From NCBI RefSeq assembly GCF_018977255.1, contig NW_024704742.1, positions 50,594,001 through 50,658,000 of the forward strand: a DNA stretch of 64,000 nt, read 5' to 3'. The position numbers were made by a program, and so were the translations under genes. The notes under the pieces are model-generated. The model saw only the letters and a list, made by a program, of their open reading frames with translations. It did no database searches and was not told the DNA's origin. How positions within the stretch are numbered: the stretch's first letter is position 1; each line of letters opens with the position of its first letter. Source of the stretch: Callorhinchus milii (lineage: Eukaryota). Shown here one piece after another: positions 25,005 to 38,183 of the stretch.

Positions 25005-25590
25005 GAAAGCCACTGAAACCCTAGTCCATGTGTCACCTCTCGGCTGGACTATTCTAACGCCCTCCTTGCTGGTCTCCCATCCACTACCATCCACAAAATC
25101 CAGATCATTCAAAACTCTGCCGCCCGCATTCTCACCCGCACCAAACTACGTTCCCCAATCACCCCAGTCCTTGCCAGACTGCACTGGCTGCCTATCCCAG
25201 AGGGGATCGAGTTCAAGATCCTAACCCTTGTATTCAAATCCCTCCACTCCTCTGCACCCCCCCACCTCTCTGACCTCCTCTCTCCTCAAAACAGTACCCT
25301 CTGCCTTCGTTCCTCCGGGTCTGGCCTCCTCCTCATCCCCTGAGTCCTCTGCTCCACCCTCGGCAGCTGTGCCTTCAGCCACTATGCCCCGAGGCTCTGG
25401 AATTCCCTTCCTCACTCCCTTCGCCTCGCCCCCTCCCTATTTTCAGGTCCTTGCTGAAGACCTTCCTTTTCGACCATGCCTTTGATCACTTTCCTCCCCC
25501 TCCCCCTGGCTCAGCCCCAGTATCCATTACTGTGAAGCGCTCTGAGACGCCGTCCAGCGTGGAGGGCGCTATATAAATCTAAGTTGTTAT
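25005..25590 (+). mobile_element. LINE2 3' fragment
   Basis: Homologous to the ORF2 end and tail of the other LINE2 copies. Confidence 0.85.
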
Positions 25591-27129
25591 GAGAGTTTAG
25601 AGGTAAGGGCACCCTTAAACTATTAGTATTCTACAGAGACTGTCTCTGTGGGCTGAATTGTTCTAAACAATTGTGGATCACACACTTGTGATGCTTAAAA
25701 ATTCATCACAGCAATAAAGATGCTTAAACCTCACAAAAGTGTTAATCCTACTTACTAAAATAAGCACCACAAATATATTTAACTAAATATGAAACATTTT
25801 AAAGGTTTGCTTGTATTGTACAAATAGCATCTCCTTTGTTTTTTCCCCATTCTGCCTACTTTTTATTTCAGCTTGTGATTGTTACTTCAGTTTTATAATG
25901 ATAATTTGTAATAGCACTTTAGCACATCGGTGAGATGTTTCAAAGTGCTTCACAGGAATTACAGTAAAGTGTAGAGACTGTGTATTTTGTAGGTGAATGC
26001 GGCAGACAATTTGCACACAGCAGTGACCAACAAGCGGCCATGCAGAAAATGATCTTATTTTATCTGGGGGATTGTTGGAAAAACTCCCAGCTCTTTTTGA
26101 ATTATCCCGTGAGATCTTTCATGTCCACCTGAACAGTCAGATGTAGTTCAACGTGCAAAGGGAGCTAACAGAAAATTGGCTTCAAAATTAAGGTCGAATT
26201 TAAGAATTTTGTCAAAATAGCACCTCTCTCACGTGCCTCATTAATAGAATAAATCTAGGTTCAGGTGAAATTTCTACACTGTGGACTTCTTCCACTTTGA
26301 AGAAAGTAAACCAAGAACATTGCTTTCAGATATGCCAAGGTAGTAGAATAGGACATTTGTTTAGGGGATGTGAAGGTTAATTTTTTAATATTGGGATTGA
26401 TTATGGGTGTAGGATTTGGCAGTGGGATTGAATGAGTAGCTTGCTCCAATTCTGGAAAATATTAGGTATAGGTTGTCAGGAGCCAAGGCTTGGGGAGCCA
26501 ATAGTTTGTTTGAGCCACTGCTGGAGTTTAATCAGCTAAACAACAGAGCTTACCATTGTGAGCAGAATCACCTTGACAGTTAGGCTTTGGCTTCCAGGGT
26601 TAACAGGAGAAAGTAGGATGAATCCCTGCCCCCCGGTGACTGGTCTATTTCAACCTGCCAGGCATCAACAGTGCCTTGGAGCACTGCAGACACTCGGGCT
26701 CAAGAACTAGACTATCAAGACCATCAAGATTGCCACAAAGAGTCAACAAGATTCCAATATTCCATTGCCAATTCAGCCCAAAGGGGACCCAGCTTGTCTA
26801 TCCCCCTTTCCACCACTTGGAAAGTGCAGAGCTTCAGCAACAGTTGCTTACTTCTTTGTATACGAATCAGGGTTCATAACAAGTCCTGGATATATGAGCA
26901 TATTTTCACATATTTCAGTGTATTATAGTGCAGGTATGATGCCTTTCAACAGCTGTTTCAAATAAAGTGAATACAAAATGTTTGTGTTCCATATGTATGA
27001 ACAATTCTTTACTTTAATCTCTTTCGAAATTATTTCAAGGAAACTTAAGTCCTGCAAAATTGCCTCAATGGTTGGCTGTGGAGGAGTATCATATAAAGTG
27101 CTCCACATTATTGGTACTCCCAACACAAA

Positions 27130-27755
27130 TGTCAGCCTGGCGCAATTGGGGAGGTCTCATTTTTGAGTCAGAAGGTTGTGATTTCAAGCCCCAAGTAGGA
27201 ACTTGGAACTCATAATGTAGGCTAACACTCCGTGCAGTAAAATACGATACAAAATTAGCCTTTCATGTTTGGAGGTCGTCCCTAGGACAGTTAGGGATTG
27301 GACCCGAACTGGGGGTCGGGATTGGGGAGGGTGGAGGTCAGGAGGGTGGCCGAAGGCTTGGTCAGTACTAGGGAAGTGTGGCATTGTTGGAGGCATCATC
27401 CTTCAAATGAAACAATAACCTGTTTGTTCAGATGGACTAAACATCCCATGGCACTATTCAGAAAGGAAAGGGTGTTTCTCACAGTCTATGGCCAACAATC
27501 CTTCAGATAAATTTGGCATTCACTATATGCCTATTTATGGGACATTGCTGGGTCAAATCCCTGTCCAGTGCCTTAGGAGGTCCTCCTGACATGAAAGCTG
27601 CAATACAAATGTAATTTTGTATTATACTGCTGTGCACAAATTGGCTGCCATATTTGCCACCAAAAGTGACTGCTCTTCATAGTGAATCCTGTCAAGTGTT
27701 TTGAGTGGTTCAGTTACGTGTTAAAGCACTATATCAAATGCAAGGATTATAAATG
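27130..27755 (+). mobile_element. Old DeuSINE with nested LINE2 tail fragments
   Basis: Head gtcagcctggcgcaattgg...tgagtcagaaggttgtg; Deu block catcccatggcactattc; inverted LINE2 tail near 27240-27365. Confidence 0.7.
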
Positions 27756-28017
27756 TAAGTTATTACATTATGTGCAGTACTTTTGATCACCTAAAGGAGT
27801 TCCTCCTGATTCCAAATTACGAATCTGGCTAGGAAATGCCATAAACTGAATCCCAATGTCGGAATCTCTTCCATTTCTCATTTCCCCATTCCCCCATAGT
27901 TAATTTGGGGCATTTACAAGACACTTGTGTCTTATACACTGTAATAATCTGGTGAATATTTGTGCAGTACGCTGCTCTAAGTATCCCAAGACTTATGCTT
28001 ACTTGTTCTCTTTATAG

Positions 28018-28336
28018 GAAGACTGTGAAGATTCACTTAATAAAAATATTTCAAAACTTAAAAACCAGACTGCCACTCAGAAGATCACAAACCCCAGCTT
28101 CAATGTTAATTTTCTTCCATCCTCTTCGGTTACTGAACCCACGACGCAGGGTCACCTTGGCTTGGTAATCGACGGAAAGACTTTAGAATTTGCACTGCAT
28201 GAAAGCCTGCAAGATAGGTTCCTAGAACTCGCTGAACAATGCCGTGCTGTTATATGCTGCAGATCAGCACCATTACAAAAAAGCAGGGTGGTCCAGCTTG
28301 TACGAGATAAGCTAAAAGTCATGACTCTAGCAATAG
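28018..28336 (+). CDS. ATP10D: ATP10D exon: EDCEDSLN...GLVIDGKTL...CCRSAPLQKSRVVQLVRDKLKVMTLAIG
   Basis: Acceptor ttatag, donor gtaaga. Confidence 0.95.
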
Positions 28337-28872
28337 GTAAGAATTATCTTAGGTGTCACATCCAAAACCTGGTTTGTCCACCAAAATACTTTCTCTTTTT
28401 CAGGAGTTACTGAACATGAATAGGAATCCTAGCTGATTCTTCTTATTCCCTGCCTTCGTAGCCTGAAGATTACTGATGCTTTTATACCATCCCACTTCAG
28501 ATCATTGATCAAACCTGGGATCTTTCTCTTGTCTGACACGTATGACTCAGTACCATTTGGTGCATTTAGCTACAGAGGCACAAAGGTGCATCTTTCTACA
28601 CTTCAATATTATAATTTTCTTAAAACCAAACATTTAGCAATAATGAATTAAAAGAAGCTACTTGAAAGTGTATCTGTTGGATGAGAAAGTGGCAGTAAAA
28701 GAGCAGTGTTGGATTTATGATCCAAATGGTGTGCATTTTATCGCATCACATTAAATTGTGGGTTAATTTTATCGTGATGCCCAGTGTTGTCCCTCCTGAA
28801 CCAAAAAAGTTTACTAAGCACTTATTTCTTGAACTGATGGTTTCTTTCAACTCACTCTGTCATCTGATCCAG

Positions 28873-28949
28873 GTGATGGTGCCAATGATGTCAGTATGAT
28901 CCAGGTTGCTGATATTGGAATTGGAATCTCTGGTCAGGAAGGAATGCAG
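28873..28949 (+). CDS. ATP10D: ATP10D exon: [26 protein letters not shown]
   Basis: GDGAND hinge motif; acceptor atccag, donor gtgaag. Confidence 0.97.
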
Positions 28950-29129
28950 GTGAAGTTGGGAACTGTTGGCTAAAAGTAACTTAGGCCTGCTTGGTTGTAA
29001 AATTTTATGGTTTGCTCTACGATTATTTAATACTATGACAATGAAGCTTTCATTTAAAGAAGTAATCTTTTATGATCAGTATGTGTTCTTCACTCTGGTA
29101 GAGGCATCCAAACATTACCACACAATTTT

Positions 29130-29945
29130 AAAATTAAAGCTTTGCCAGTCAAAAGTGAGATCAGAAAACATTTCTTCACACCGAGGGTTTTGTAAATGTG
29201 GAATGCCCTACCGTAGTGCAGAATCAATTTGTAAGTTTAGAAGGAGATGAATATGTACTCAGGATATCCTCCTTGGAAGGGAGGCAAGTGAGGCCTCCTT
29301 GGAGTTGAATTGGCTCCAAGGTGACATGCTTTGCAACAGAATGTCGGAATCAAGCCAGCCAGCTGTGGTGGTCTCAGTAGTCCAGTCCTGAGCCAGACTG
29401 GTCCGCAGTATTCCAGGGCACTGCTGATGGCAGCACAGCCGGCCTGGCTCATCAGCAGGACTTGGAAGGGAGACCAGTCACTTGGGGCAGGGAGTCATCC
29501 CACTCAGTCCTGTTAACCCTGCAAGGCAAACGGGTAGGGTGGTCCTAGCTGGACAAGCAGCGGTAAAGCAATATCAATGGCAAGCTGTGTGGTTTTAGCT
29601 GGTTAGACTCCAGCAGTACAACAGTATACACTCTGGTGGCCCCAAGTCTTGGCTCTTGCTTACTTTCTGGAATTAGATAAGCAGGATGCATCCCTCGGGA
29701 GACAGTGTGCACATTCCATTACAAGAATCTATCAAGGATTTCCATGTGTAGGTGGGATGCATGGAAATCTCAGCTTGCTTTGGATACTCTTAAACATGGT
29801 GATGGGTTTCCACATGTGTCAGCCACCCAGCTGACCAAAAAAAAGGTACTTAGGAATCAAGGATATTAATGGATTTTGAAAAAACGTATCTGCCATGAAC
29901 TAATAAAATAGCAGAATAGGCTTAATGGGCTGAATGGTCTCCTAC
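29130..29945 (+). mobile_element. CR1 3' fragment interrupted by the 29265-29845 insertion
   Basis: ttcttcacaccgaggg...tgtggaatgccctacc on the left and gggctgaatggtctcctact on the right are CR1-type 3' sequence. Confidence 0.65.
29265..29845 (+). mobile_element. Unclassified poly(A)-tailed retroposon, about 580 bp, with TSD
   Basis: Flanked by gtactcagga (29255-29264) and gtacttagga (29846-29855); ends ctgaccaaaaaaaag. Confidence 0.8.
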
Positions 29946-30029
29946 TGGATTGTTTTATTTTTCTTGTTTAATGGCTTTAATGCACAGATACTTCTGGAAA
30001 GATGTTGATTGTTGTTTTATGGATTGCAG

Positions 30030-30155
30030 GCTGCAGTATCTAGTGATTTTGCAATTTCTTGGTTTAAACATTTAAAAAAACTACTACTTGTTCATGGACA
30101 CTGGTGCTACAGCAGACTGGCTAACATGATTCTTTATTTCTTCTATAAGAATGTG
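30030..30155 (+). CDS. ATP10D: ATP10D exon: [42 protein letters not shown]
   Basis: Acceptor ttgcag, donor gtaagt; LLVHG and FYKN motifs. Confidence 0.96.
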
Positions 30156-30504
30156 GTAAGTATTAATCACTGAAGAGCAACAGTAAAATAACAATTGACT
30201 TTTTTAATACCTAGACAGGAAGAAAAAAATGCTTTAATCCTGATCTGTAATCAGTGTGACTTTTTAATGTATTTATTCAATCAATTAAAAAAAAACCATG
30301 GGACAAATGCAGTGAAATTTGCTGAGTCAGACAAGCTGTACCAAATAAGGTCAGAGTTCCTTTGATAAGGTCTGTGGTGGTTTAACCGTCAACCCCCACC
30401 ACTTTCTCAAGAAAATTAGGAATAAGCAATAAATATTGGCTCTGCCAGCATTGCCCTTCCGGAATGACTTTTTTTTACAAACTATAGTGGACGAGACTAA
30501 TTTG

Positions 30505-30940
30505 GGTGTCAGCGTGGCTCAGCTGGTATCATTCTTGCCTCTGAGTCAGAGGGTTGTGTGTTCGAGTAAAAAAAGTTGTGGGTTCAAGCCACATTGGGAC
30601 TTTTAACTAACAGTCTATCCTGACGCTCTAGTTCAGTGCTGGGGGGTGTTGCATTTTTGGAGATGTGCGGCCTTGTTTGTCTACTCAGGTGGATATTAGA
30701 GATCCCATGGCATTATTCAAAAAGAGAAGGGAGTTCTCCTGTTGTCCTGGACAATATTTTTCCAGATAAATCGGTCATTCAGTTCATAGCTGTTTGTGGG
30801 ACATTGCTGTATGCATATTGTCTGTTGTGTCAAAATACGAAGTCACTGCACTTTACAGACAAATTTTCTGTATCGCTTTGATCGATGCTCTTCCAACGTG
30901 ATAAGTACTGTTATCAAATGAAAGTATTATTATTATCACT
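30505..30940 (+). mobile_element. Old DeuSINE (SacSINE1-like), near full length
   Basis: gtcagcgtggctcagctggta...cctctgagtcaga head; ctcaggtggatattagagatcccatggc...gggagttctcc...gtcctgg Deu-like block. Confidence 0.75.
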
Positions 30941-31656
30941 GTATCAAATCCAAGTATTATTATTTATCTTTTATATTCTAAATTAAACAATTTTCCCATT
31001 TCCATTTCTTTTCCTCAAATCTTTAATGTTGCTTATTCCCCTTTCTCCTAGCCCATTATGAGGTACTCCCTGCTGGGGACAAGAAAGCCCAGGCCTCTAC
31101 CAATGACACTCACTTGTTAAGAGGGACTCCAAAGAGCTCTTTTTTTTCCTCTTGTATACATGCCTCACAACTGTTAAGTCAACTCTCACCCCAGTGACTT
31201 GTCCTACATTGGCAATGTGTTGTATGAAGAATTGTCAGCGTGAATCAACATCCTGCCACTCTGAAACCAATTCATTGTTTTTCAATGAGCTAAATTTATG
31301 TTGGTCTGTTTTGACTAGTTATAAAATTAGCTCCTACCTAATTATTCTAGAGTATTTTTTTTCAAGTGGTTCTGAATTTGACATTTTTGTACAAGTAAGA
31401 TAGATTGTCTCCAGGTTGACATTTCAACAAAACATTAAAAGTTTGGCTTGACTTCATGTTTCTTAAAAAATGAGCACTGCTAGCAACTGATTTAATAATG
31501 TCTATATGTTGCAGTTTTCTCTATATTTTCTTCAGCTTGATTTATGTTTGCAAATGCAGTCATTCATCAGTGTACTGTTTTGATTTTCAAAAGATGATCA
31601 ATTTTATTTTGTTTTGGATTTTTTAAAATCTCTGTACAGAGATCATCAGATGGTTT

Positions 31657-31973
31657 TAATAATAATAATAATAATAATAATCCTTGCATTTGATATAGCG
31701 CTGTTTACGTCTTCTATGTGTCCCAAAGCACTTCACAGAATATACTGTAAAGTGAATTGACAATATTTGTGGGCGAACGCGGCAGCCAATTGCGCACAAA
31801 CAGTCATGGATTGAAAATGACCAATTTATTATTGTTTTGTTTTTTTGGAGGGATTATCATTAGGCGTATGGAGTAAGGAAACTTGCCCAAGGTTTCGCCC
31901 TGACCTGCCTGGAACTGAACTCAGGTCTCTCACTTGCAAAGCGAGTGCTCCAACCACTGAGCTACAGGACTCC
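31657..31973 (-). mobile_element. Full-length young SINE, short subtype
   Basis: Complete head and (att)n tail. Confidence 0.9.
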
Positions 31974-32183
31974 ACATGCAGTTGACAAATGTTTGTACAT
32001 TTCTGAGAGATCCAGTTTATCTTTAACAATGAGAATACAAAACTATAATTTTGTTTTGATTTTCCAAACTGCATTGAATATTTTGCATGCAATTAAAAGA
32101 TGTCTAAGAGCATGTGTGATCCTTTTGGGGAAAATGAAATGTGCTGTATTTGTTTTTGAATTTGTTTTTCTCCTCTCTTCCAG

Positions 32184-32384
32184 GCCTATGTATGTCTCCT
32201 GTTCTGGTATCAGTTCTTCTGTGGATTTTCTGGGTCATCCATGATTGACTATTGGATTCTTGTTTTGTTCAACCTTCTCTTCACCTCCATTCCACCAATT
32301 GTCTATGGCATCCTGGATAAAGATGTTTCAGCTAAGACACTCCTCCAATTTCCAGAACTTTACAAAAGTGGGCAACAGTCTAAG
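32184..32384 (+). CDS. ATP10D: ATP10D exon, TM5-TM6: [17 protein letters not shown]...[12 protein letters not shown]
   Basis: Acceptor ttccag, donor gtactg; FNLLFTS and PELY motifs. Confidence 0.96.
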
Positions 32385-32840
32385 GTACTGAAGATTCACA
32401 TGAATTGTGCTTAGTTGCCTTGTTTCCTTTGGATAGTGATTGATTACTGTTTGTAGGATTTATTGATGTAATAACCTCTAAATCTTTCAAACATTTCTAG
32501 CATTCACATCGAAATAGAATGGTCACTAAAGAGAAACTTACATTCACTGAGATTTCCTTTCTGAAAATGTGTTTGTTGCTTCCTTGAAAGTTAGGCAAGA
32601 CAATATCTTATATTGACCTGCATCTAATTTCTATATTATTTATAATTTGAGTTAGCAGATGTGTGCAGACTTTAATTCTCATCTTGTGCACGGAAGAAAT
32701 ATTTCCAGCTAACTTTAGCTGGAGTTGCTTAACTTTGAGGTAATCTTAATCTGTAGGCTAGTGTCATTTTAGGACTACCAATCAAGACATTTGTCAACTG
32801 TTCATTTGAATTTGGATTCATTAGACAAGTGAGATAGTGA

Positions 32841-34286
32841 TCAGGTTTTGTGTGCATTCGCATTGAGGACTCAATGCGAAGTGGCATTCGCATTGATTTT
32901 TTATCACTGCACCAGCTCAAATCTAGTTATTGGGGTAAAAAACAATAAGGAAGCTGCGAAGATAAAGGGGAGGCAATTGTATCAAATGTAATCTTTGCAG
33001 TTGTCCATTCATTATGCAGTTTTCAAAACAAGTCTGTTAAACAAAAAGACAAAACTACAACTTTTTATAGTCTAATATTGAATCCTGGATATTCTCAAAT
33101 GTGTCAACCTGCCAGAACTCTACTTGGGCCTTGCTCACTGAAATCAATTGCTGGTTAGAAGGCTCTTGACAGGCGGTGAGCATCCAAGCAATGCAGAGCT
33201 ATGGAGGATTGCTATGAGACTCATTAAGGTGCAGGGTATGATTAAACTCCTATCTGTAATTTTTGGAAAACTGAGCTAAAATAAAATTAGTTTCAGTCAT
33301 TATTTGACTGGAGGATTGTTTCACTATCGTGCAACTATCAGAAATGGACAATCAATCAATAGATAATCTGCTAAATCATGCATTATATTCATTAATTGTG
33401 TTCACTATGAGGAATGAATATTTTGATTGATTTCAGCTTTTCAAGATTATTTACTGATAAACAAGGGGTTCTTTAATCCCAACTCCTCCCTCCACAGGCT
33501 GCAGATAATCCAGAACTCTGGAGCCCGTGTCCTCTCCCGCACCAAATTCCATGACCCCATCTCCCCCACTCTCGCCCGACTCCACTGGCTCCCTATCCTT
33601 CAGAGGATCCAGTTCAAGATCCTGGTCCTCACATACAAAGCCCTCCATGGCCTCGCCCCACCCTACCTCTGCGACCTCCTAATCTCCTACCAAACCGCCC
33701 TCTCCCTCCACTCAGCCGGCTCTGGCCTGCTCCACGTCCCCTGACCCACCCGCCCCACCATTGGCAGGAGAGCCTTCAGCCGCTCTGCCCCCAACCTCTG
33801 GAATTCCATCCCCCAGTCACTCCGCCTCGCCCACTCCTTAGCCTCCTTCAAGTCCTGCCTCAAAACTCTCCTCTTCGACCATGCCATTGGCCACCCCCCT
33901 TCCCCTCCCCTCCCTTATCCCTCCCTGACCCCAGCTCGGGTCTGAAATGCTGTACAATGTCCAGCACCTTGGGACGTCCTCCCGACATGAAAGGCGCTGT
34001 ACAAATGTAGTCTTGTTTTGTTGTTAAATATAAATTTCACCAACCTGCAAGAAGTCAACTTCAGAAACGTATCTCATGGAAGAAGTCCCTTGGGTCAGCA
34101 TGGCAGGTTTCCAATTACCAGGCGTTCTCTATTGCCCTACTCTGATTTCTTATTAGCTATGATTAGCAAACCCCATTAGAATTTTTGTAATTAAATACCA
34201 CCCCATAGTTCCGTTGTGACGTTTGGAAGCACCTATCTGCCAATTGGTTTATTTCAGTCCTCAATGCGAATGCACACAAAACCTGA
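32841..34286. mobile_element. Putative non-autonomous DNA transposon with perfect 31-bp TIRs, containing a nested LINE2
   Basis: 32841-32871 is the exact reverse complement of 34256-34286. Confidence 0.65.
33477..34025 (+). mobile_element. LINE2 3' fragment
   Basis: PNSSLHRLQIIQNS...LHWLPILQRIQFKILVLTYKALHGLAPPYL followed by the tail. Confidence 0.9.
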
Positions 34287-34519
34287 GGATGCACAAGAAT
34301 GTGGTGCTTCATTGACATTAACATGGCAATAAATGGAAAAATGCCACAATGTGCTTGCGCAGACCCATTTTGTTAAAGGTGCTGGTTCATGGCAAATTTG
34401 GCTAATTTCAAATAGCTGTCAGTAGTTAATTTAAGAATTGATTTTGATTCAAAAATATTTCAGACCGTTGGGCTTATTATTTCATGTACTTTTTCCAAGT
34501 CATAGCCTTTCAGTTCTAT

Positions 34520-34922
34520 TGCCGCGTTCGCCCACAAATATACAGTCAATTCACTTTGCAGTGTGTTCTGTGAAGCGCTTTGGGACGTCCTCCCGACGTG
34601 AAAAGCGCTATATCAAATGCAAGGATTATTATTATATTATTATTATTGTGTCTAGTTTAATGGGAATAATCAGCACTACAGTAGGGAGAAACTTTGGGCA
34701 AGTTTCCTTACTCCATATGCCTGATAATAATCCCTCAAGAAAAAATAAAATAATAATTTGGTCACTCAATCCACAACTGTTTGTGGGACACTGCTGTGCG
34801 CAATTGGCTCCCGGGTTTTACCCACAAATATACAGTCTATTCACTTTACAGTATATTTTGTGAAGCGCTTTGAAACATCTGGAAGACGTGAAAAGAGCTA
34901 CAGCAAATGCAAGGATTATTAT
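34520..34922 (+). mobile_element. Two tandem truncated young SINE copies
   Basis: Tail fragment at 34520-34647 and headless copy at about 34690-34922. Confidence 0.85.
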
Positions 34923-35044
34923 TTACTGTGATTTTAATTGCCATGAACAAGTAGTCTGTCAGTGTGTGAAAACATTGGCATTATTCTTTACAAAGTTAAC
35001 CAATGATCATTTATTTTTTCTCTAACCTGTACCTTTTTTTTTAG

Positions 35045-35125
35045 ATCTTTTCATCGTTAACTTTTTGGATAAGCATATTGGATGCCTTTTACCAAAGTCT
35101 GATCTGCTTCTTTGTTTCATACTTT
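35045..35125 (+). CDS. ATP10D: ATP10D exon, TM7: IFSSLTFWISILDAFYQSLICFFVSYF
   Basis: Acceptor ttttag, donor gtaagt. Confidence 0.93.
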
Positions 35126-35499
35126 GTAAGTGTCTTATTGGAGGAGTTCACAGTTCTCGGGTGTATACATTAATTGAACCTAAATAATACATTTAACATA
35201 ACCACAAGCTCTGCAGCAAGGGGATATACATTGAAGTATGGAAGAAGGAATTTCCATAGGCTTTCCTATGGACTTTCCTATGGACAGTTTATATTTACCT
35301 ACTTTAGATGGAGGGTGTTTAGTAAATGGAACAAACTGCCCAGGGAAACTGTGATGTCAGTCAGTGTTCGCAATTTCAAGAGGGATAGATTTTTGCAAAA
35401 TAAATGAATGAGAGGTTTAAGAGTGAGAATCATCTAATATTTTTAAACTTGGGATGATCGGACTGCAATCCATCATATTTTTAAGGCCCTCAGCGTATA

Positions 35500-36140
35500 A
35501 TCACAAGATCAGTTCAGAAGAAGAAAGCCCTTCGACCCATTTGAACTCAACCTTCCAAAATTCACACTGCAGTATCAGGCTGTTTCTTAAATGAGTCTAG
35601 CGTTCTGGCCTCAACCTGGTCTTGTTAACCTGTTCCAGTCATTATTTACCCTTGGGATAAATAAATACTTCTTAGCATTTACTCTAAATATTGCCTTTTG
35701 CTACCCTGAATTTGTGCCCTCTTTTTCTGCTGTATTGGTATATCTGTAAGTATTGTTTTGGGTTTATTAATTTATTTTAAAATCTTGTATATTTCTATAA
35801 GGCCTTCTCTGAACATCTATTTGCAAGGCTGAAGAGCCCTAACAACAACAAATCATTGCTAATAGCTCATCTCTCTAACATTGGGGCTCGTCCTTGTTGC
35901 TCTCTTCTGCACTGCATCTGGAGTCCAAGCAGCTCCCTTCTATTATGGTGATTAGAATTGTATGCAGTTCTCCAGGTGCAGCCTGACCAGAGCACTGTAC
36001 TCTTTGAGTATGACTTCTGAGGATCTGAACTCACTTTTTGGGCAATATAGCTCAGAATCCTGTTTGCCTTGTTTATCACTGCCTCACTTGTTTTGACATG
36101 GTGAGTTATGAGTCAACTAACACCCCTAGCTTGCTTTCAA
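35500..36140 (-). mobile_element. CR1 LINE 3' fragment
   Basis: KANRILSYI followed by a degenerate LVRxHLExCxQF-type segment of CR1 ORF2. Confidence 0.7.
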
Positions 36141-36733
36141 CTTCCCTGGCTGACACAAATGCACAAAACTAGTAGAGGGTGCTGTAGAGGATCAGGAATC
36201 AAGAACTTTGGGGTTGAGAGATGGAGTTTGAGAGGTTAGTGGCATAGTATATGAATACATGGTCACCACTGGTGGTGCGAACGCACAGCAAGCCTGAATT
36301 AGTTGAGCGGAGGGAGCGAGCAGGAGAAGATCAGTGGGATAGGGAGGTGGTAAGGCACGAAGGGATTTATAGGTGAGAGGGACGACCTTGAAATTGATCA
36401 TGTAAAACATGGAGCCTAGAGAGGAGTGATGGTAGAGTCCCCAGCACCTCATTGGATTGTCAGCCTCAACTGTACCTCAATGTGCCACCGTGGAACTTGA
36501 ACCCACAACTTTCTGACAAAGAGGTGAAGGTGCTACCAATGGAGCCAGGCCAATACCCAATGAATGCAAATGTACTGCATAAAATAAGTAAAATATGAGT
36601 TGTGTGGTGGACAGGTGGTAGGGATGGATTAATTCAAATACGTGAAAAGGCTATCTTTGTCCTAACCATTCTTAGGTTCTTGTGTGATCAAGATTGAAAG
36701 ATTGTATTTTAAAATGAATCCTTTTGTTTTCAG

Positions 36734-36838
36734 ACTTATTTTGACTCAGAATGTGATATATACTCATTTGGATCACCAATCAACACTGCAGCTTTGTTTA
36801 TGATTCTAATGCACTTGATGATAGAAGGCAAGACTTGG
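36734..36838 (+). CDS. ATP10D: ATP10D exon, TM8: TYFDSECDIYSFGSPINTAALFMILMHLMIEGKTW
   Basis: Acceptor tttcag, donor gtaagt. Confidence 0.93.
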
Positions 36839-37650
36839 GTAAGTAGTTTATCAATACACTTCAAACCTGCTGAGTCCACTTTATTTATTGACAAGTGGCA
36901 AACATAAACACATTTCAAAAGTGTTATAAATTTTGACACAATTCCTTTTTTTTAACTCTTAATCCTAAAAATGCTAGGAATGTTCATTGTTTTCAGCAAA
37001 AATTTTGGGGAGAGAGAGTCAATTGAGTGGGAATGTTTAAAAGTCTACAAACTTTTGTAAGTGTGTCAAATTAGTCTTTCACCCTCTCATTCCATTGCCT
37101 ACGATTCTCCAAACTAAATAAAAGAATAATTTTCTCTTTCATCCTTTTAGCCTTGAATAACCTTCAGTTTAGGGTACAAAGCTATATTTTTATGACATCT
37201 GCAAAGTAATTCTCTGTAAATGTACAATGGTAATTATTATAATTGGAAGGTGTGATGGCAACACAACAAACTGTTCAAGCATCATTTTTGTCATGCTGCC
37301 AACTAGAAGCACAGATGTAATACTTCCAAAAAACCTGCACCATTCTGAGTAATGACTTGGAGTCATGAACATCAAGCAATTAGTGGGAAAAAATTGGATG
37401 TGACTGATGGACAACTAGCAAAGTAGCCTTAGGAAGAGAGTTCCAAAGGACAGGGCATAGTAACTAAAAATTCAGCTCAAGATGGTGGAACAATTCAAAA
37501 TGTGTAGTATTCTGCACATGACCAAACTATTACAACGGCAGAATTCCAATTTTAAAAGCTCATATTGGCTTACTTTATTTTTAGCACTACTGTCACTGAA
37601 TGCTACTGAATTGCTTCAAATCTCTCATTTGGAAAATGCTTCAGTAGTTA

Positions 37651-38183
37651 CAGTAAAACTTGCATAAGTTGTATAAGTGGGGACCATAGTATTTAATATG
37701 ACTTGCGCAAAGTATGAGTTACAGGCAAATTTGCGTAAGTCGTATCGTATAGTTATGTGTAAGTTAGATTTTATATGACTAACACAACAAATACAGTAAA
37801 CAAGTACCTCATTGCGCATGCTTGTTTCAATGGAGTATACTGTACTGTACTGCACAGGTGGTCCTTCTTCACTGTAGCCAGTAAGTGCACATGCAGAATG
37901 GTCAAGACTTTGTTTCCCACTCTTGTTTCAAACTGAACACTGCGCATGTGGTGCTGTAATGTAGCCAGTAAGTGCAGTAGCAGCATTACAACTTTAAAGA
38001 TGATTATACATATGATTTAGATTAATTGGGACCAAGAAACCGTTGCAATTTAACCATTTATCCAACATAAAATACAATTAGTGCAAAGAAATCTAAATGT
38101 TTTCTGGTAGGAAACTAAATGGGACATGTACAACTTTGGCAATTATACGATTTATAAAGAGATAACTTGGGCGAGTTTTACTG
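37651..38183. mobile_element. Tc1/mariner-pogo (Tigger-like) MITE
   Basis: TIRs cagtaaaacttgcataagtt and (reverse complement) cagtaaaactcgcccaagtt, with TA on both flanks. Confidence 0.8.
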
